This document shows positions 26,956 to 39,992 of a stretch of DNA of 64,000 nt, piece after piece (positions within the stretch are counted from its first letter, which is position 1; each line of letters begins with the position of its first letter). The stretch lies in assembly GCF_009914755.1 (NCBI RefSeq), contig NC_060926.1, one strand, 5' to 3'. The stretch is from the human T2T-CHM13v2.0 reference genome, Homo sapiens. Under the pieces are notes generated by a model that saw only the letters and a list, made by a program, of their open reading frames with translations, was not told the DNA's origin and made no database searches. The translations under genes were made by a program, and so were the position numbers.

Positions 26956-28780
26956 TCCTTTTACATTATAAATATCTCAATATATAAATATCTGTTGGAG
27001 GTACTTTATATAGAACAACACAGCCTGTGTAGAGAGAAAAGATTCCATTGTTTTGAATTTCAAATAACTCAAATGGACTTTAAGAAGGATGCCTCCTGTT
27101 AGGGAATGAGTCCAAAGTCCTGCCATGTCTGTAAATGAACTATATTAATTATTTGCTAACATGCAAATGCAAATGATAATTTTTTATTTAAAAAAAATTA
27201 AAAGCTCCTTGACTTTTAAGGAATTGCTCACAGATCCAAATGATGCACAACGAAAAAAGGAAGAACAAGAAAGAAGTTAATAGAATCTGCGCATTTTTTA
27301 ATGTGAAAAAAAGTGAATGAGTATGATGCTGACCACCAGACTTCTAATATACTGATGAGAGAGAGAGAGAGAGAGGGACCAAAAAACTGAAGGAAATTGC
27401 TACCAAGGGTCTTTTCCCTATAAGAATAATGTGATCTTGATAATAGATTATGCTGGAAATTATAGCTTCTACTCTAATGTTTACAGGGAAAAACCAGTAC
27501 TTTATGTAGTATTCATGTTTTCACCAAAGGTGCTACAATTACCATCCTAGCTAAAAGATGTCACAGTCCAACTCTTCATTTAAAAAGAAAGAAAAGGAAA
27601 AATGGAGAAAGGCAGGTTAGCAATTATTCTCCATGGGAAAGATGACTATAAAGTAAGTGCACCTCATAAATTATTTGCAGACATGTCCATATTAGAATGA
27701 AATAAGATCTTTCAGAGGATAACACACCTGTGCCATGGATAATTGCCCTCATTCACAAATAATAAGTGGTCTACCAGATGTTTAGCCCCACACAGACATA
27801 TGTAGGGCAAAGCAGTAGGAGAGGGTGTCTTAGCTCAGACCAGAGACGATCTTTTTTATCCTTTACAAGCTCTCATGCTGTGTCAGCAGCTTATTTAGTA
27901 TGGTAACCAAAATCGAAGAGGATTCCAACTGTTAAGTACTAACATTTCATTTCAGTTATTAAACTTACAGAGAAACCCTCGGGGTCAGTAGAAGTCGGAA
28001 GAAGATGCCTGAATTTCTTTTCTTTACTTTTTAATTGTGACAGACATCAACTTGATAAAGATTTTTTTAAATTTCAAGAACTTTATCAAGATGAAAAAGG
28101 CATTGTAAAGCTAAACGGAAGTTCAGTATGTGACTAGAAACAACTTTCCTTACCTAATAAATGTGATTCAATTTTGGAGAACAAATATTTGGATGGTTCT
28201 ATATTTACCATTCTCGTTCTTTGAAATGTTCAATCTACCAAAAAGTGCCATCTAAAATAAAGGCTGAAGTAGTTATAAAAACTGTCAGGAAGTATTATTG
28301 CCGGGCTGGTTGGTGTTAAGCAGTGAACGAGGTATAGGCAGTGGTAAATATAGAAGACAATTTCCTGAGTTACTTTTGATAAAGAAGTATATATTTCAAA
28401 ACAGGCGATACTTTAAGTTTAAACTGTGTGACACCACTATGCATATTATGTACATATGTCAGTGGTACATCCAAAAGATAAATAACAATAATTATAATCA
28501 CAAGCTCACTTTCATAAAGCCCTTGCAAGTAGAATTATGGTAGCATAACACAAGTCTTTTTTAGGCATGGTAGTGGGCCATCAATATCAGTATAAAACTT
28601 CTTTCATTAATATTAAAGGAGATGTGTGAAAATAGGATTACCTCTAAAACAGACTTGGAAAAGCGCAAATCCATCCTAAAGCTTCCAAAGGTGGTGTTAA
28701 TAATAATACTTCTACAGTACTGACACCAAGCATTCTTCCCTCTCTTCACCTGGGAACTGCTCCCAGCCATACCCCACCAT

Positions 28781-28787
28781 ACACACA

Positions 28788-28847
<60 letters not shown>
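28781..28847. repeat. Compound microsatellite (AC)n(AG)n
   Basis: About 12 AC units directly followed by about 21 AG units. Confidence 0.98.
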
Positions 28848-28849
<2 letters not shown>

Positions 28850-28859
28850 TACAGTGGGA

Positions 28860-29225
28860 ACTTCCATAGTTTTACATGACCCTGCAGCCAGAAGTGGACA
28901 CCTGACCTAATCTACACCAGTCAGTTCTTTTCCTTGAAAGAGAATCAGCCTCCTCTCTTCAGAGGGGCCTTTGATGAGAGGCTAAAGATGTGGAAGAAAC
29001 AAGTCTATGGGGAAAGCATGAAAGCAGAAGGCCATGAGAAGCAGGGATGAGAGATGGAGGGAGCTCAGAGGCATGCCTTGTCTCTGGTTCTAGCTGTTCT
29101 AAAGACTCTGCAAATCCCTGACCTCCTGCAATTTAGTTGCGAAAATTGAATTTGGAGTCTATGAAATAATAATTTACTTTTTTGGCCTAAGCTAGTTTGA
29201 TTTCTGTAGCTTATAACCAAAGAGA
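28860..29225 (+). mobile_element. Old MaLR LTR (MLT1K/L-type)
   Basis: 'gtggacacctgacctaa...'; 3' end 'cttttttggcctaagctagtttgatttctgtagcttataaccaaaga'. Confidence 0.6.
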
Positions 29226-29503
29226 TTGAATAAACTATATTAAGTATAGGCACCATATAAGTGAACTCTTAAGCATCTTCTTTTAAAATTAAAGTTGACT
29301 CATATACAACTTAAAATCTTACCTCAATGTAAACAAAGGCTTGAGCAAAACTGTGCATGGCACATCGAGGGAAAGAAAAGCAGCAAGTATCACCAGAATA
29401 CACGGGTTTTGTGAGAAAAAGTGAGTGAAACAGTCTCATCATGGGTAAGATCAAAGTAAAGCACCAACAACACCAAACGATGTACTACACGGGATGATAA
29501 GAA

Positions 29504-30919
29504 TGAGGGGACTTCAAAATATTCATGGAAAAATTTAACTAAAAGATAAAAATTTAGAATATAAGCTTTATTTCTCAACATAAACTTCATCAAGTTCAAG
29601 ACACTTTTGTAAGCTATTTAGCTTACAAAATGGACCAGCCATTTAGTCCATCCCTAAAGAACTGGGGGTCCTGGGAATTTAACCACGTCAATGCAGTCTT
29701 TTTTATACTAGTAACTAAAGAAAAATGGGTACCTTTCACAGATTTTTTGAGGAGGAAACAAAAAGAAGTCAGATAGAGCCAAATCAAGACTGTAAGGTGG
29801 ATACCTAATGATTCCTCAAAACTCTCACAAAATTGCCTTTATTTGATGAGAGGCATGAGCAGAAGCATTGTCATGGTGGAGGACTCTCTGGTGAATCTCT
29901 CCTGGACATTTTTCTGCTAATGCTTTGGTTAACTTTCACAAAATGCTTTCATGATAGGCAGATGCTATTATTATTTGGCCCTCCTGTCAACAAGCACAAT
30001 GCCTTGAGCATCTCAAAAAACTGTTGCCACAACCATTGGTCTTGGCTGGTCTGCTTTTGCTTTGATTGGACCACGTCCATGTCTTGGTAGTCTTTGCTTT
30101 GATTAGGCTTTGCCTTTAGGATCATACTGGTAAAAGCCATGTTTCATCTCCTGCTGCAATTTTTTGAAGAAATGCTTCAGGATCTCATTAGCTGAGCATG
30201 CTGGCGCATGCCTGCAGTTCCACCTACTCCAGCTGGGTGACAGAGAATCTGTCTCTTAAAAAAAAAAATTAATAAAAATAAAAAAGAAATGCTTCAGGAT
30301 CTTGATCCCATTTATTTAAAATTTCCATTGAAAGCTCTGTCCTTGCCTGCAACTCATCTGAGCACAATGGTTTTTGACACCCATTGAATGGGAAGTGTGT
30401 TCAACTTTAATTTTTCAGCTAGAATTGTGTTAACTGAACCAGCTGAGATGTCTTTGATGCTGGTTATTGTTTCTGCTGTTAATCAGTAGTCCTTCTCAAC
30501 TACGGCTTAAACAAAATGAATTTTCACTCTCAAATTGATGTAGTTGGTCTGTCACTGCAGATTTCGTCTTCAAGATCATCTCATCCCTTCTTAAAATGAG
30601 TTATCCATTTTTAAACTGCTGATTTCCTGGGGGCATTGTCCCCATAAACTTTTCATAAAGCACCAATAATTTTACATTCTTCCACCCAAGCTTCACCATA
30701 AATTTGATATTCGTTCTTGCTTTAATTTTAGCAGAATTCATGTTGTTCTGATGGGGTTCTTTTCAAACAGATGTCTTCTTCTTAGTGCCTCAAACTACAT
30801 TTTGTTCAGATATGTTATAACAAGTTAGTATGAGTTTATTTTGGTGCAAAAATTTTTTTTAAATCCATGCATAGTTTTCCATAATATGCATTTTCCATGA
30901 ACTTTCGGAAGTCCTCTCA
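29504..30919 (-). mobile_element. HSMAR2: HSMAR2 mariner DNA transposon, near full-length, transposase inactivated
   Basis: TIRs TGAGGGGACTTCAAAATATTCATGGAAAA / TTTTCCATGAACTTTCGGAAGTCCTCTCA; minus-strand ATG at 30741 gives MNSAKIKARTNIKFMVKLGWKN..VYGDNAPRKSAV*KWITHFKKG with in-frame stops. Confidence 0.93.
30186..30283 (+). mobile_element. Short, internally deleted Alu right arm inside HSMAR2
   Basis: 'ttagctgagcatgctggcgcatgcctgcagttccacctactc|cagctgggtgacagag..tctgtctc' plus A-tail; perfect 19-bp TSD AAGAAATGCTTCAGGATCT (30167-30185 and 30284-30302). Confidence 0.88.
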
Positions 30920-31109
30920 TGTTTGAGTATGCACCTAGGCAGGGGAGTAACATGGTGAAAGCACCTGGGGAATTACAAGTGCAGGATTAAAGAGAAAAAA
31001 CTATAGGAAGCTAATGCAAGGACCTTTACACAGACTCCAGTGGTAGGCCTGAGGAGAAAGGGAACCAAAAGAGTCCTCATTTAATAAGAATAATTGACTA
31101 GGAAGAGTT

Positions 31110-31405
31110 GCAAATGATACTTAATGAGAACCCATTATATGCCAGTCATGGTTTTAAATAAATATCTCTCCATTTAAAAGTATAATATGTATATATTTAT
31201 ACACATACATAAGTACACTCATATACACACATATTTTAATCTTCATCACCACCTTACATGGTAATATCATCCCCATTTTAACTGAGAGTACTGAGGCTCA
31301 GAGATAGTACATTAAAATTTCCAAATTTATGCATATATATAGGGAAAGAGAGAGGGACAGAGACAGAGAAGCAAAAATTCAAATCCAAATATGTCTGACC
31401 TATTT
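31110..31405 (-). mobile_element. MIR SINE
   Basis: 'catccccattttaactgagagtactgaggctcagaga...aaattcaaatccaaatatgtctgac'. Confidence 0.7.
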
Positions 31406-32994
31406 CATGATACCTCTCAAGCTTAATTAGACTCAGAAAACAAAGGAGAGGAAGCAGCCCACATAAAAATAGAAACAGCCTGAAGGCACTTGGAAATATA
31501 ATGTAAATAATGTTCCTTAAAATAACATATGATTTCAGACCAATATATTGTTAGCTTTGAAAGTTTGTGCATATCAGAGATAAATGTGAAAACAGTCAAT
31601 AGGTAATGTCACAAGGTTAGAGTAATTGGCCCGTAGAAAGCAAAAAAAAAAAAAAAAAAAGAAGTATTTGAATAATCCAATATAGGAGTTCAGGGAAATA
31701 GGGAAATATGTATATGGCCTTTTTTAAGCTTAGCAAAGCGAGGAATTATATCTGTTTGGCTCAATCCTGTAATCCCAGGATTGAGTGCAGTGCCTGTCAT
31801 ATAATATTTCAATTAATATTTCTAGATTTTGAATTCTCAATTAGGAAAATCTTTGAAGGGTTTAATGTAAATCTACAAAGTCTTAAAATGATAGAATAAA
31901 GACAACATGATGAATTCAGGATGGCCCACCTTGCAGATATGGTGTGGACAGGAGAAATCATGGTGGACAGGCAGAAATCCAAGAAGGGAATGAGAGTCCT
32001 AGAGAAGTTCCCTTGTTGCTTTTACTTTAAAGAGTTCTGCATATTAGAGAAGAAACTACACGCATGCAAAGCTGCAAGAAGCAAACAGTAAGACCCTGGA
32101 TTTTTCAAGTTTCTGTCATAGTTATTCCTTCCCATCATATTTACACATGGTAATTTCAGGTGTTGTTTGTTTCTGGGAAAGTTCTTCTCAGATGCCAGCT
32201 TCAGGCAAACAGCAGTTGGACCAACCTTTTGTTTATTGGGGTTTTGTGTTGTTTTTTGCTTTTTGGCTTTTATAGTGGTTCATCTTTTCACTCAAATTCC
32301 ACAATCTGCCACAGATGATCTGCTGATGGCTCCTCCATAAGATATATAATGTCATATTAACTCCTCTTTCTAGATGTGGGGCTTGGGGAAGTCAATCACT
32401 ACCTCAGAGCTTTAGTCTGCACGCAACAAAGCAAAGACAGAGTCTTTTGTTTGTTTTAAAGGTGAATAGACAGTCTCGAAAATTTCTCTTATCTAAGTAT
32501 GTTAACAAAGGGTTACCAAGGCTTTAGGTCCAAGGCATCTCTGTTGCTATGCATTTTGTCTTACTCGGCTAGACCTGCAGCAGAAGTCAACAAATGAAAA
32601 TGTGGGGAGTAACCCTCCTGAACCTAACTCATGAAGCCGTAAATGATATTCGACATTTTTAGTTGTCTTCGGAAATATTTTTAGCAGTGGTTAACTTTTT
32701 CCAGACGAAATTTTATATAACTTTGCCACCTCCAAAACAAAGCAAATAATAAATAATAAAAATCAAGCTGCCCGGATCAATGTGGACTTGAGAAAAAAAC
32801 GGCAATAGCATGCATTGTTTGGTCTCCAAGCACCTTCAGAAGCTCTAAAGCACATCCAGAATACTTAAGGCTCCTAGAACCTTAAATTCTAAGTAAAAAT
32901 GCAAGTAAAATATAAAGTTCTTCATCAATGAACAGTATTAAGTCAACATAAAGAACTCACTTAAATTTTTATTCTGGGTTCTTACGTTACTTAA

Positions 32995-33175
32995 AACAAC
33001 AGATTCTCAAACATTATCATGCATTAGAATCACCCAGAGGGCTTGTTAAACGACAGATTGCTGGGTCCCAGCCCCAGGGTTTCTGATTCAGATCTGGGTA
33101 GAACCTAAGATTTGCATATCTAACAAGTTTCCAGGTGATGTTGATGCTGCTAGTTCAAAGACTACACTTTAAGAA
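32995..33175. mobile_element. MER5A (hAT-Charlie)
   Basis: 'ttctcaaacatt...gcattagaatcacccagagggcttgttaaa...tttgcatatctaacaagtttccaggtgatgttgatgctgct'. Confidence 0.85.
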
Positions 33176-33210
33176 TTTAAATCATAATTAGCTGTTTCTT
33201 CAGTGGGACC

Positions 33211-33742
33211 TACCGCAGGCATAATAATGCTCTCCGCCAACCCCCACTCCCCAAGATGTTCACATCCTAATCCCTGGAGCCTGTGAATATATGTTACAAG
33301 ACAAAGGTCAATTAAAGTTGCAAAAGGAATTAAAATTGCTAATCAGCTGAACAGAAAATGGGGGAGGGGGTAAGGGTGGGGGTGGGCAGGGGTGTATCCT
33401 GGATTATCCAAAGATGTCCGATGTAATCACAAGGGTCATTAAGTGTGGAAGAGAGCAGCAGGAGGATCAGTGTTAGATAGGATGTGAGGACTCCACTAGC
33501 CATTGCTGGCTCTGAAACTGAAAGAGAACCACCAGCCAAGGAATGTGGGCAGCATCTAGGAGCTGGAAAAAGTAAGGAAACAGATTATCTTGTTGAGACT
33601 CCCAAAGAAACATAGCTCTGCTGGAATCTTAATTTTAGCCCAGTGAGGTTCGTTGTGAGTTTCTGATATCCAGAACTATAAGATAAACTCGTGTTGTTTT
33701 AAGACATTAAACTTGTGGCAATTTGTTACTGTACTTAATACA
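33211..33742 (+). mobile_element. MLT1D MaLR solo LTR
   Basis: 'aagatgttcacatcctaatccctggagcctgtgaatat...gccaaggaatgtgggcagcatctaggagctggaaaa...gtggcaatttgttac..taataca'. Confidence 0.88.
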
Positions 33743-33879
33743 GGACCTCACAGATGACATTAGGATGAAGCACTGCACAAAGAAAATCTTCTTGTGGGGA
33801 AAAAATAAATAAATAAATAAATAAAAAACTCAAAACTGGTGTTATCTGATTTGAGGTAGTCTTTTTTTCTCCCAGTAAG

Positions 33880-34010
33880 AAGGTACTGTGGGATAGAAAG
33901 ACACTGGTCAAATCAACTAGTCTGAATATGAATCCTGGTGACCTGGACAAATCATCTTATCTGGTCTCAGATTTCTCATCTACAAAATGAAGGTGTGGAA
34001 CTCAATGTCC
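33880..34010 (+). mobile_element. MIR
   Basis: 'gtgacctggacaaatcatcttatctggtctcagatttctcatctacaaaatga'. Confidence 0.7.
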
Positions 34011-34889
34011 AGGAAGACTCTTTCCATGTCTCAAACTCTATGGTTCCAAGTCTCTAGAAAATGCCACTGCCTCTACTGTTGCCATCCTCCAAGGCCTTTA
34101 CAGCCAGTGATGCCGTCTTCTGAATGCTTGAGTCAGCGGAGAATAAGGTAATATTTGTGACACAAGCCAAGAGAAAAAGTTTTACTTTCAACGCTTTAAG
34201 ACCTAGGAAGCAATTCCTCAGATTAGCTACTTCAGACCAATTTAAAACTTGTATTTGCTCCAGAATTATTAGGCCACCTTAGACAGATTCCTAAACCAAG
34301 AAGACATTTTCCACTCTTGAAAACACTGACTTGAAAAACATCAACTCATGGATTTAGCCTAATGAGTAACGGTCTACTCTAAAATGGAAAAATTTCCCTG
34401 AAACAATGTTATTCTTCTCAACTAAAATTCATGAAGGCATAGTCAATGATGAAGGGGATTGGGGCAAGTTAAGGACCCAAATCTAAAAATGAATTTAAAA
34501 ATATTTAAGTAGTGCTTGTGGCATGTCAGTTTCATTTAAGATAATAATTATAAAGAGCCAAGTTTCAGGCTGAAGATGAAATATGAAATTCAAAAAAGTT
34601 AAAGCAACTTTATTTTCCTTGCCTAGTCCATTTCACATCTTCAGTAGTCACTTTCCAAAACACTGCCTATTAAAAAACTTCTCTGTAAATACTGGGCAGA
34701 AACCCACACATGGGAACAGCATGCAGCATTCTTTGAGAATATGCCCAAAAATTCATCCCCTGCTACTCAAACAAGTTGGAGAGGGTTCAGAGAAGATCTG
34801 GAAAATTAACTTTAGAAGAGAAACTTGAAGCTCAAGTTCTTCATCCAGGAGATACAAATGAAAAGGGTATCTTAAAAACAGTTTTAATA

Positions 34890-35080
34890 CAAAGGTTTGC
34901 AACTCTGGAACATACATGACTCTCCACAGGCACTTGTTAAACAGGCTTACTACCAGCCCCCAGCCCCAGAGAGTCTGACTCAGTGGTTCTGAATTGGGCC
35001 CTAGGAATGGGTATTTCTAGTACGCACCCTGATGATGCTGTTGCATGTGGTTTTCGGACCACACTTGTTGAAAAACAAGT
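34890..35080. mobile_element. MER5-type hAT
   Basis: 'cttgttaaa...cccagagagtctgactcagtggttctgaattgggccctaggaatgggtatttcta...gatgctg..gaccacactt'. Confidence 0.7.
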
Positions 35081-35339
35081 TGAGAAACACTCACTAAATA
35101 AGTAGAAGAGGAACCCACACAGCTGTTCTGAATCTCTGCCACAAAACAAGTGAAATCCATTTAAACTGCATGAGCAACTTAGATCCAGAATGAGGGGGAA
35201 AAAAACCACCTCCTTGACAGCGAATGAGTTGGTAAAGGTGACACAGCAGAGCAGTTATGTGGCAGTAAGTCAGCATAGATAACCCATAAGGAAGACTTAG
35301 GAAACAATGCTTGCTTTTAAAGAGTTTATAGTCTGAGAT

Positions 35340-35527
35340 GCTGGTTCTCAGTGTGGTCCTTAGACCAGCAACATCAGGATCACCTGGGAACTTGTGAAAA
35401 ATACAAACTATCAGACTATACTTTATACCTTCTGAATCAGAAACTCTAGGGTTGGAGTCCAAAATCTGTGTTTTAACAACGCATCCCCACAAAGTGATTC
35501 TGATGAAAAACATTTGAGAACAATTGG
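35340..35527. mobile_element. MER5A, opposite orientation to the copy at 33 kb
   Basis: 'ggttctcagtgtggtccttagaccagcaacatcaggatcacctgggaacttgtgaaaa...tgaatcagaaactct...tttgagaa'. Confidence 0.8.
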
Positions 35528-35574
35528 CGTGAAGGAAGGAAACAAATAATATTAAAGAAGTTACAGAAATAAGT

Positions 35575-36160
35575 TACATGGTGTGGTGGAAAGAGGAGTA
35601 CTTTCAGATCCTGACTTTCTTGCCCAATAGCTGTTTAAGCCTGAATAAGTTATTTAGTCAGGAAGAGCTCCAGTTTCTTCATCTGACTGGTTATAACTCC
35701 TTCGCTTACTATGAATACATTAGAAAAATAGTGAAGATCAAAGGAGATACGTAAGAACATTTGACAAGCTGAAAGTTCCAAATAAATCTAAGTTATTAAT
35801 ATAGCTATATACATAATCTCGAAAAGTAGCTTGGTTGGATAGAATCATTCATTCATTGTATAAACATTAATAGAGCACTTACCATATGCCAGTCATTGTT
35901 GTCTGTGCTAGGGACACGAAAGTTAGTTGCTTCTGTTATCTGTTAGTTAATTATTTGGAGGTCAGGAAAGACCTCATGAGTTGAAGAACAAGGCCACCAG
36001 AATTTCAAAAGTGGGAATAAGCTATTTTGGTGAAGAGCAGGGAGTTGTATGCTCAACCCAACAGAATCTAACTTCCTCAGGGCAGAGAACTTGTTTTCTA
36101 CTGCTTTATCTCCATTACCTAAAGCTGGGCCTGGCAGGTAAAAGTCAATTAAGCACGGCG
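35575..36160. mobile_element. MIR and L2 fragments
   Basis: MIR 'cagtttcttcatctg'; L2 'attcattcatt...gagcacttaccatatgccag' and 'cctcagggcagagaacttgttttctactgctttatctcc'. Confidence 0.55.
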
Positions 36161-38447
36161 GAAGCAAGGGTGGTGGAAGTAAATCCCCAGGAATAGCCTG
36201 AAAGTTGAATGAACACACAAATAAATATACTTAACAGAAGTAACAATTCCACCTGGAGAGTAATGAAAAATGAGGTAATTATATAGGGAATACAAACAAA
36301 GGGGCTTGAAGTACCCAAGATGGAGTTTTGACTTACTAAAGATCAAGTTTGTTATGCTATTTAAAACATCAACAAGGCCTGGTGTAAGTTTTCTGAGCAA
36401 GTGTTATTTTAAAATTACCTCCTTTAAAGTCCTTAACTGTAGACACAGAACAGTAAAGCATGGGCCTGTCTGAAGAATAGATTACTTCTTGGAGATCCTT
36501 ACACAATTCACATGTTGAAATTATCTATCCAATTCTTACTTCATTAATTTCACATGTACTGAATGACTGACGAAATCCTGGGTAATTGTTTTTTTCTTCA
36601 CCTCTGGGATGATAAAAACATCAATGGGCTCTTCTGGGTCCTTCTACCCAGCAAAGCAGTGACCCATCAGGCTTAGCAGAGGGCTCTTAAAAACAAAACA
36701 AACAAATAAACCCTGCTTTTAATTCCTAATCGAAGTTAGGGGGCCCAGATGGAAAGCTTCAAGGACAACTTTTGTTTGCCAGCTTGTCTGCAAATGTGGA
36801 GGTTTGAAAATGGCTAAAGGAGTTTAAGGGAAACTTAAACTTGTTAAGTTTCTCTTTTGCAAATAATGAAGTGTGTCTGTCTCTTGAGTGGATGGCGGAA
36901 AACATTCCATCCACCAGTGAGTGATTAGACACACATGTAATTAATGGTCTGAATTCCAAAAAAAGAGATGAAACTCATTAATAAATCATTAGGCATTGTG
37001 AGTTTTTATTTTTTCCACTTCCTCCTACCACCCACATGCTGGTGGCAAAGGAGTCTCTAGCTATTATTTTTAACATGTAGAGTTTGAAAGGTTCTAAATC
37101 TCTGCAATTAGGCAAGCACTGAGACCTCACAACTAAGGAATTATTAATAATGCTAATTGTAAGGACCTTTTTCTTTCCCCCTAAAGTGGGAGTTCTGAGG
37201 CGTTTTGCTAATTTTTCTAACAACTTATTTTAGCAGGATCTATTTTTATTTTGGTTCAGAAAATCATGCTTTATGTGTTAAAGTTAAGCAGCTCTAAATT
37301 AGAGGTGGAGCCTTGTAATTGAAATCTGTTCCTCTAAGCACCAAGTGCACTCTGAGATAGCTAGTTAATGACACTTTGGAAATGACTCTCAGGCTTTCTC
37401 CAAATCCTGAATCAGATTCCCAGCTAACTGAAAGCAGAAAGCCAGTGAGCAGAGACGGGGGCCTCCAGCATAGCTGCTGGTTTTGACCTGTTTCTAGTTC
37501 TCTAACTCCTTTCCATCAGCCTGACTGCAATGTGCTGGCTCTCTCAGGGCACGGATGTCCCCCGTCACACTGTTGCATGGGTAGCTTTCAAGTACTTTTT
37601 GAAAGCAGATGTCCATGCCTCTCTCAATCTCCTCAATCTCCCTAACTCCATCGAGGAAAAAAAATAAATGTGCTACAGTCCCTTACATCCAAAGAGAGGT
37701 AAAAACCCCAAAAGGTTATGGATTTCCCTTGTTGACTGCTTACAGGATAGTTCAAAGTGCTTCCTCACTCCCTCTTACTCCTACTTTCTAAGATAATGGA
37801 GTTTTTCTCTGATCAGTTTGACTTTTACCCAATTAGACCTTTGTTACTACATAAAAATACACAGTTTAGGACTTAATGACAAACCTTTGTATTTGCAGAA
37901 TTATAACTAGTATTTAACCTTTAGTAAATTACAGTGGTACATAGCATTGGGGTTCAGGAAGAAGAGAAGTTGAGAGAGGGGAGATACTTCCTACTCTGAA
38001 GGCCACAGCCCATTCTTTAAAAAGATCATTTCCAAAAATGTGTCCACACTTAACGTTGAATTGTTGAGGTAGAAATGCATACAGAATAACTTGAGTGAAT
38101 TTACAGTGAGGTTCAATGTGCTAGTCAGCATTTATTTTGGGACCCATGGTCAGGGATGCTAATTGCTGGAATGTGCTAGAAACATTTGTATTCATTCCAT
38201 ACAACTTTGCTTTCAAATCTTCTATAGCACCGTTGTGTACTATTGCCTTCTAGCTGTCAATATCACTGACTTTCACCAGAGATCCAAAAATAGCTATCCC
38301 AAGTATCCCTACTCCTTAAATTCTTTTTGTCTATTTCTTTTCTCTTTTTTTGGAAGCATGAATATGTTTTATTTGATTATTTTTCTTTTGTTAGTGAAGC
38401 TTGTCTATATCTTTATACCTGTTAAACAACATGCAAACTGCATGTAG

Positions 38448-38927
<480 letters not shown>

Positions 38928-39849
38928 TCTTACTCCTCTTTACAACTCTCAAAGCACCATTTGAATACAAAGCTCTTTTGTAAACAAAAAGTTTTCTGTG
39001 AAGAATAAGAAAATGACCCTAAGAATTAGATAAAACACGAAGCTATCACCCTGAACATTTTTCTTTTTTGTGCATGCATTTTAAAAATGGGACTATATCT
39101 TGTACTTTTTACCCATGAATTATGAAGTTTTGCTTTTTAAAAATGATAAAATTTAAGTTGTAATTTTTTTACACTTTTCCTTTTCCCCTAGTTAGCCACT
39201 GGGAAAATAAGAAGCATGAAGTCTATGTAGGGACTCTCACGTACGAAGTGAAATAATCTAATAAATGTCTTTCTCCAAGAGAGATCTCCCAATACCATAA
39301 AATAAATCAATCAAGTAGATAAAAATGATGTTGTAGATGATGTCTGCTAGCAGCTCTGATATTTACAATTGATTCCAAATTATTTTCAATACAAATATAT
39401 TATAAAAATTACCGTGTTGATGTGGACATCCTATACACATTCACCTGGAGGGGGTTTTTAAGAGGTGATGATGAAAATCCTTCATTCCTGAGGAAGGAGC
39501 ATTATCAAATCATTCCAAACTCTTGGTATGAGATTTTTCAGCTTCTCCTAGTAATTTGTTTTAGTATTCAGCACCTCTCACTGTCAAAAAATTTTTCCAG
39601 ATATTGCATAGACCTTTTATGTTATCATGGAAACTCACTTGTAATCCTGCTGCCTGTGGAATAAGAAAATGTGCTAAAAGCCCTTTTCATTCTTTGATCC
39701 TCTTGTTAACTTATTATTTTTTCTCTCTCCAGATTCATCATTTTTCCCAGAAGCTGTTACCTTTCCTCACAGATCTAATTGTTCAGCTGTTAATTAGCAT
39801 CCCTGAGACTGTCTTCGGAATTGTTTCAAGTTTTCTCAATCTTTGCTCC

Positions 39850-39992
39850 TAAAAGTGGGGTGGGCCTCTGGACTCCTCACATCTGTGTCATCTGGAAACT
39901 TGTTAGAAATGTAAACTCCCAGGCCAGAACTTGCATTTTTACTAAGTCCTTTGATGATGTGTATACACACTAAATTTGGGGAAACATTGGTC
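39850..39992. mobile_element. MER5-type hAT fragment
   Basis: 'catctggaaacttgttagaaatgtaaactcccaggcc...ttgcatttttactaag...aaatttggggaaacattg'. Confidence 0.65.

Noticed and set aside
31642-31660. Orphan A19 run
   Set aside because: No attached retroelement body or convincing TSD; simple mononucleotide repeat.
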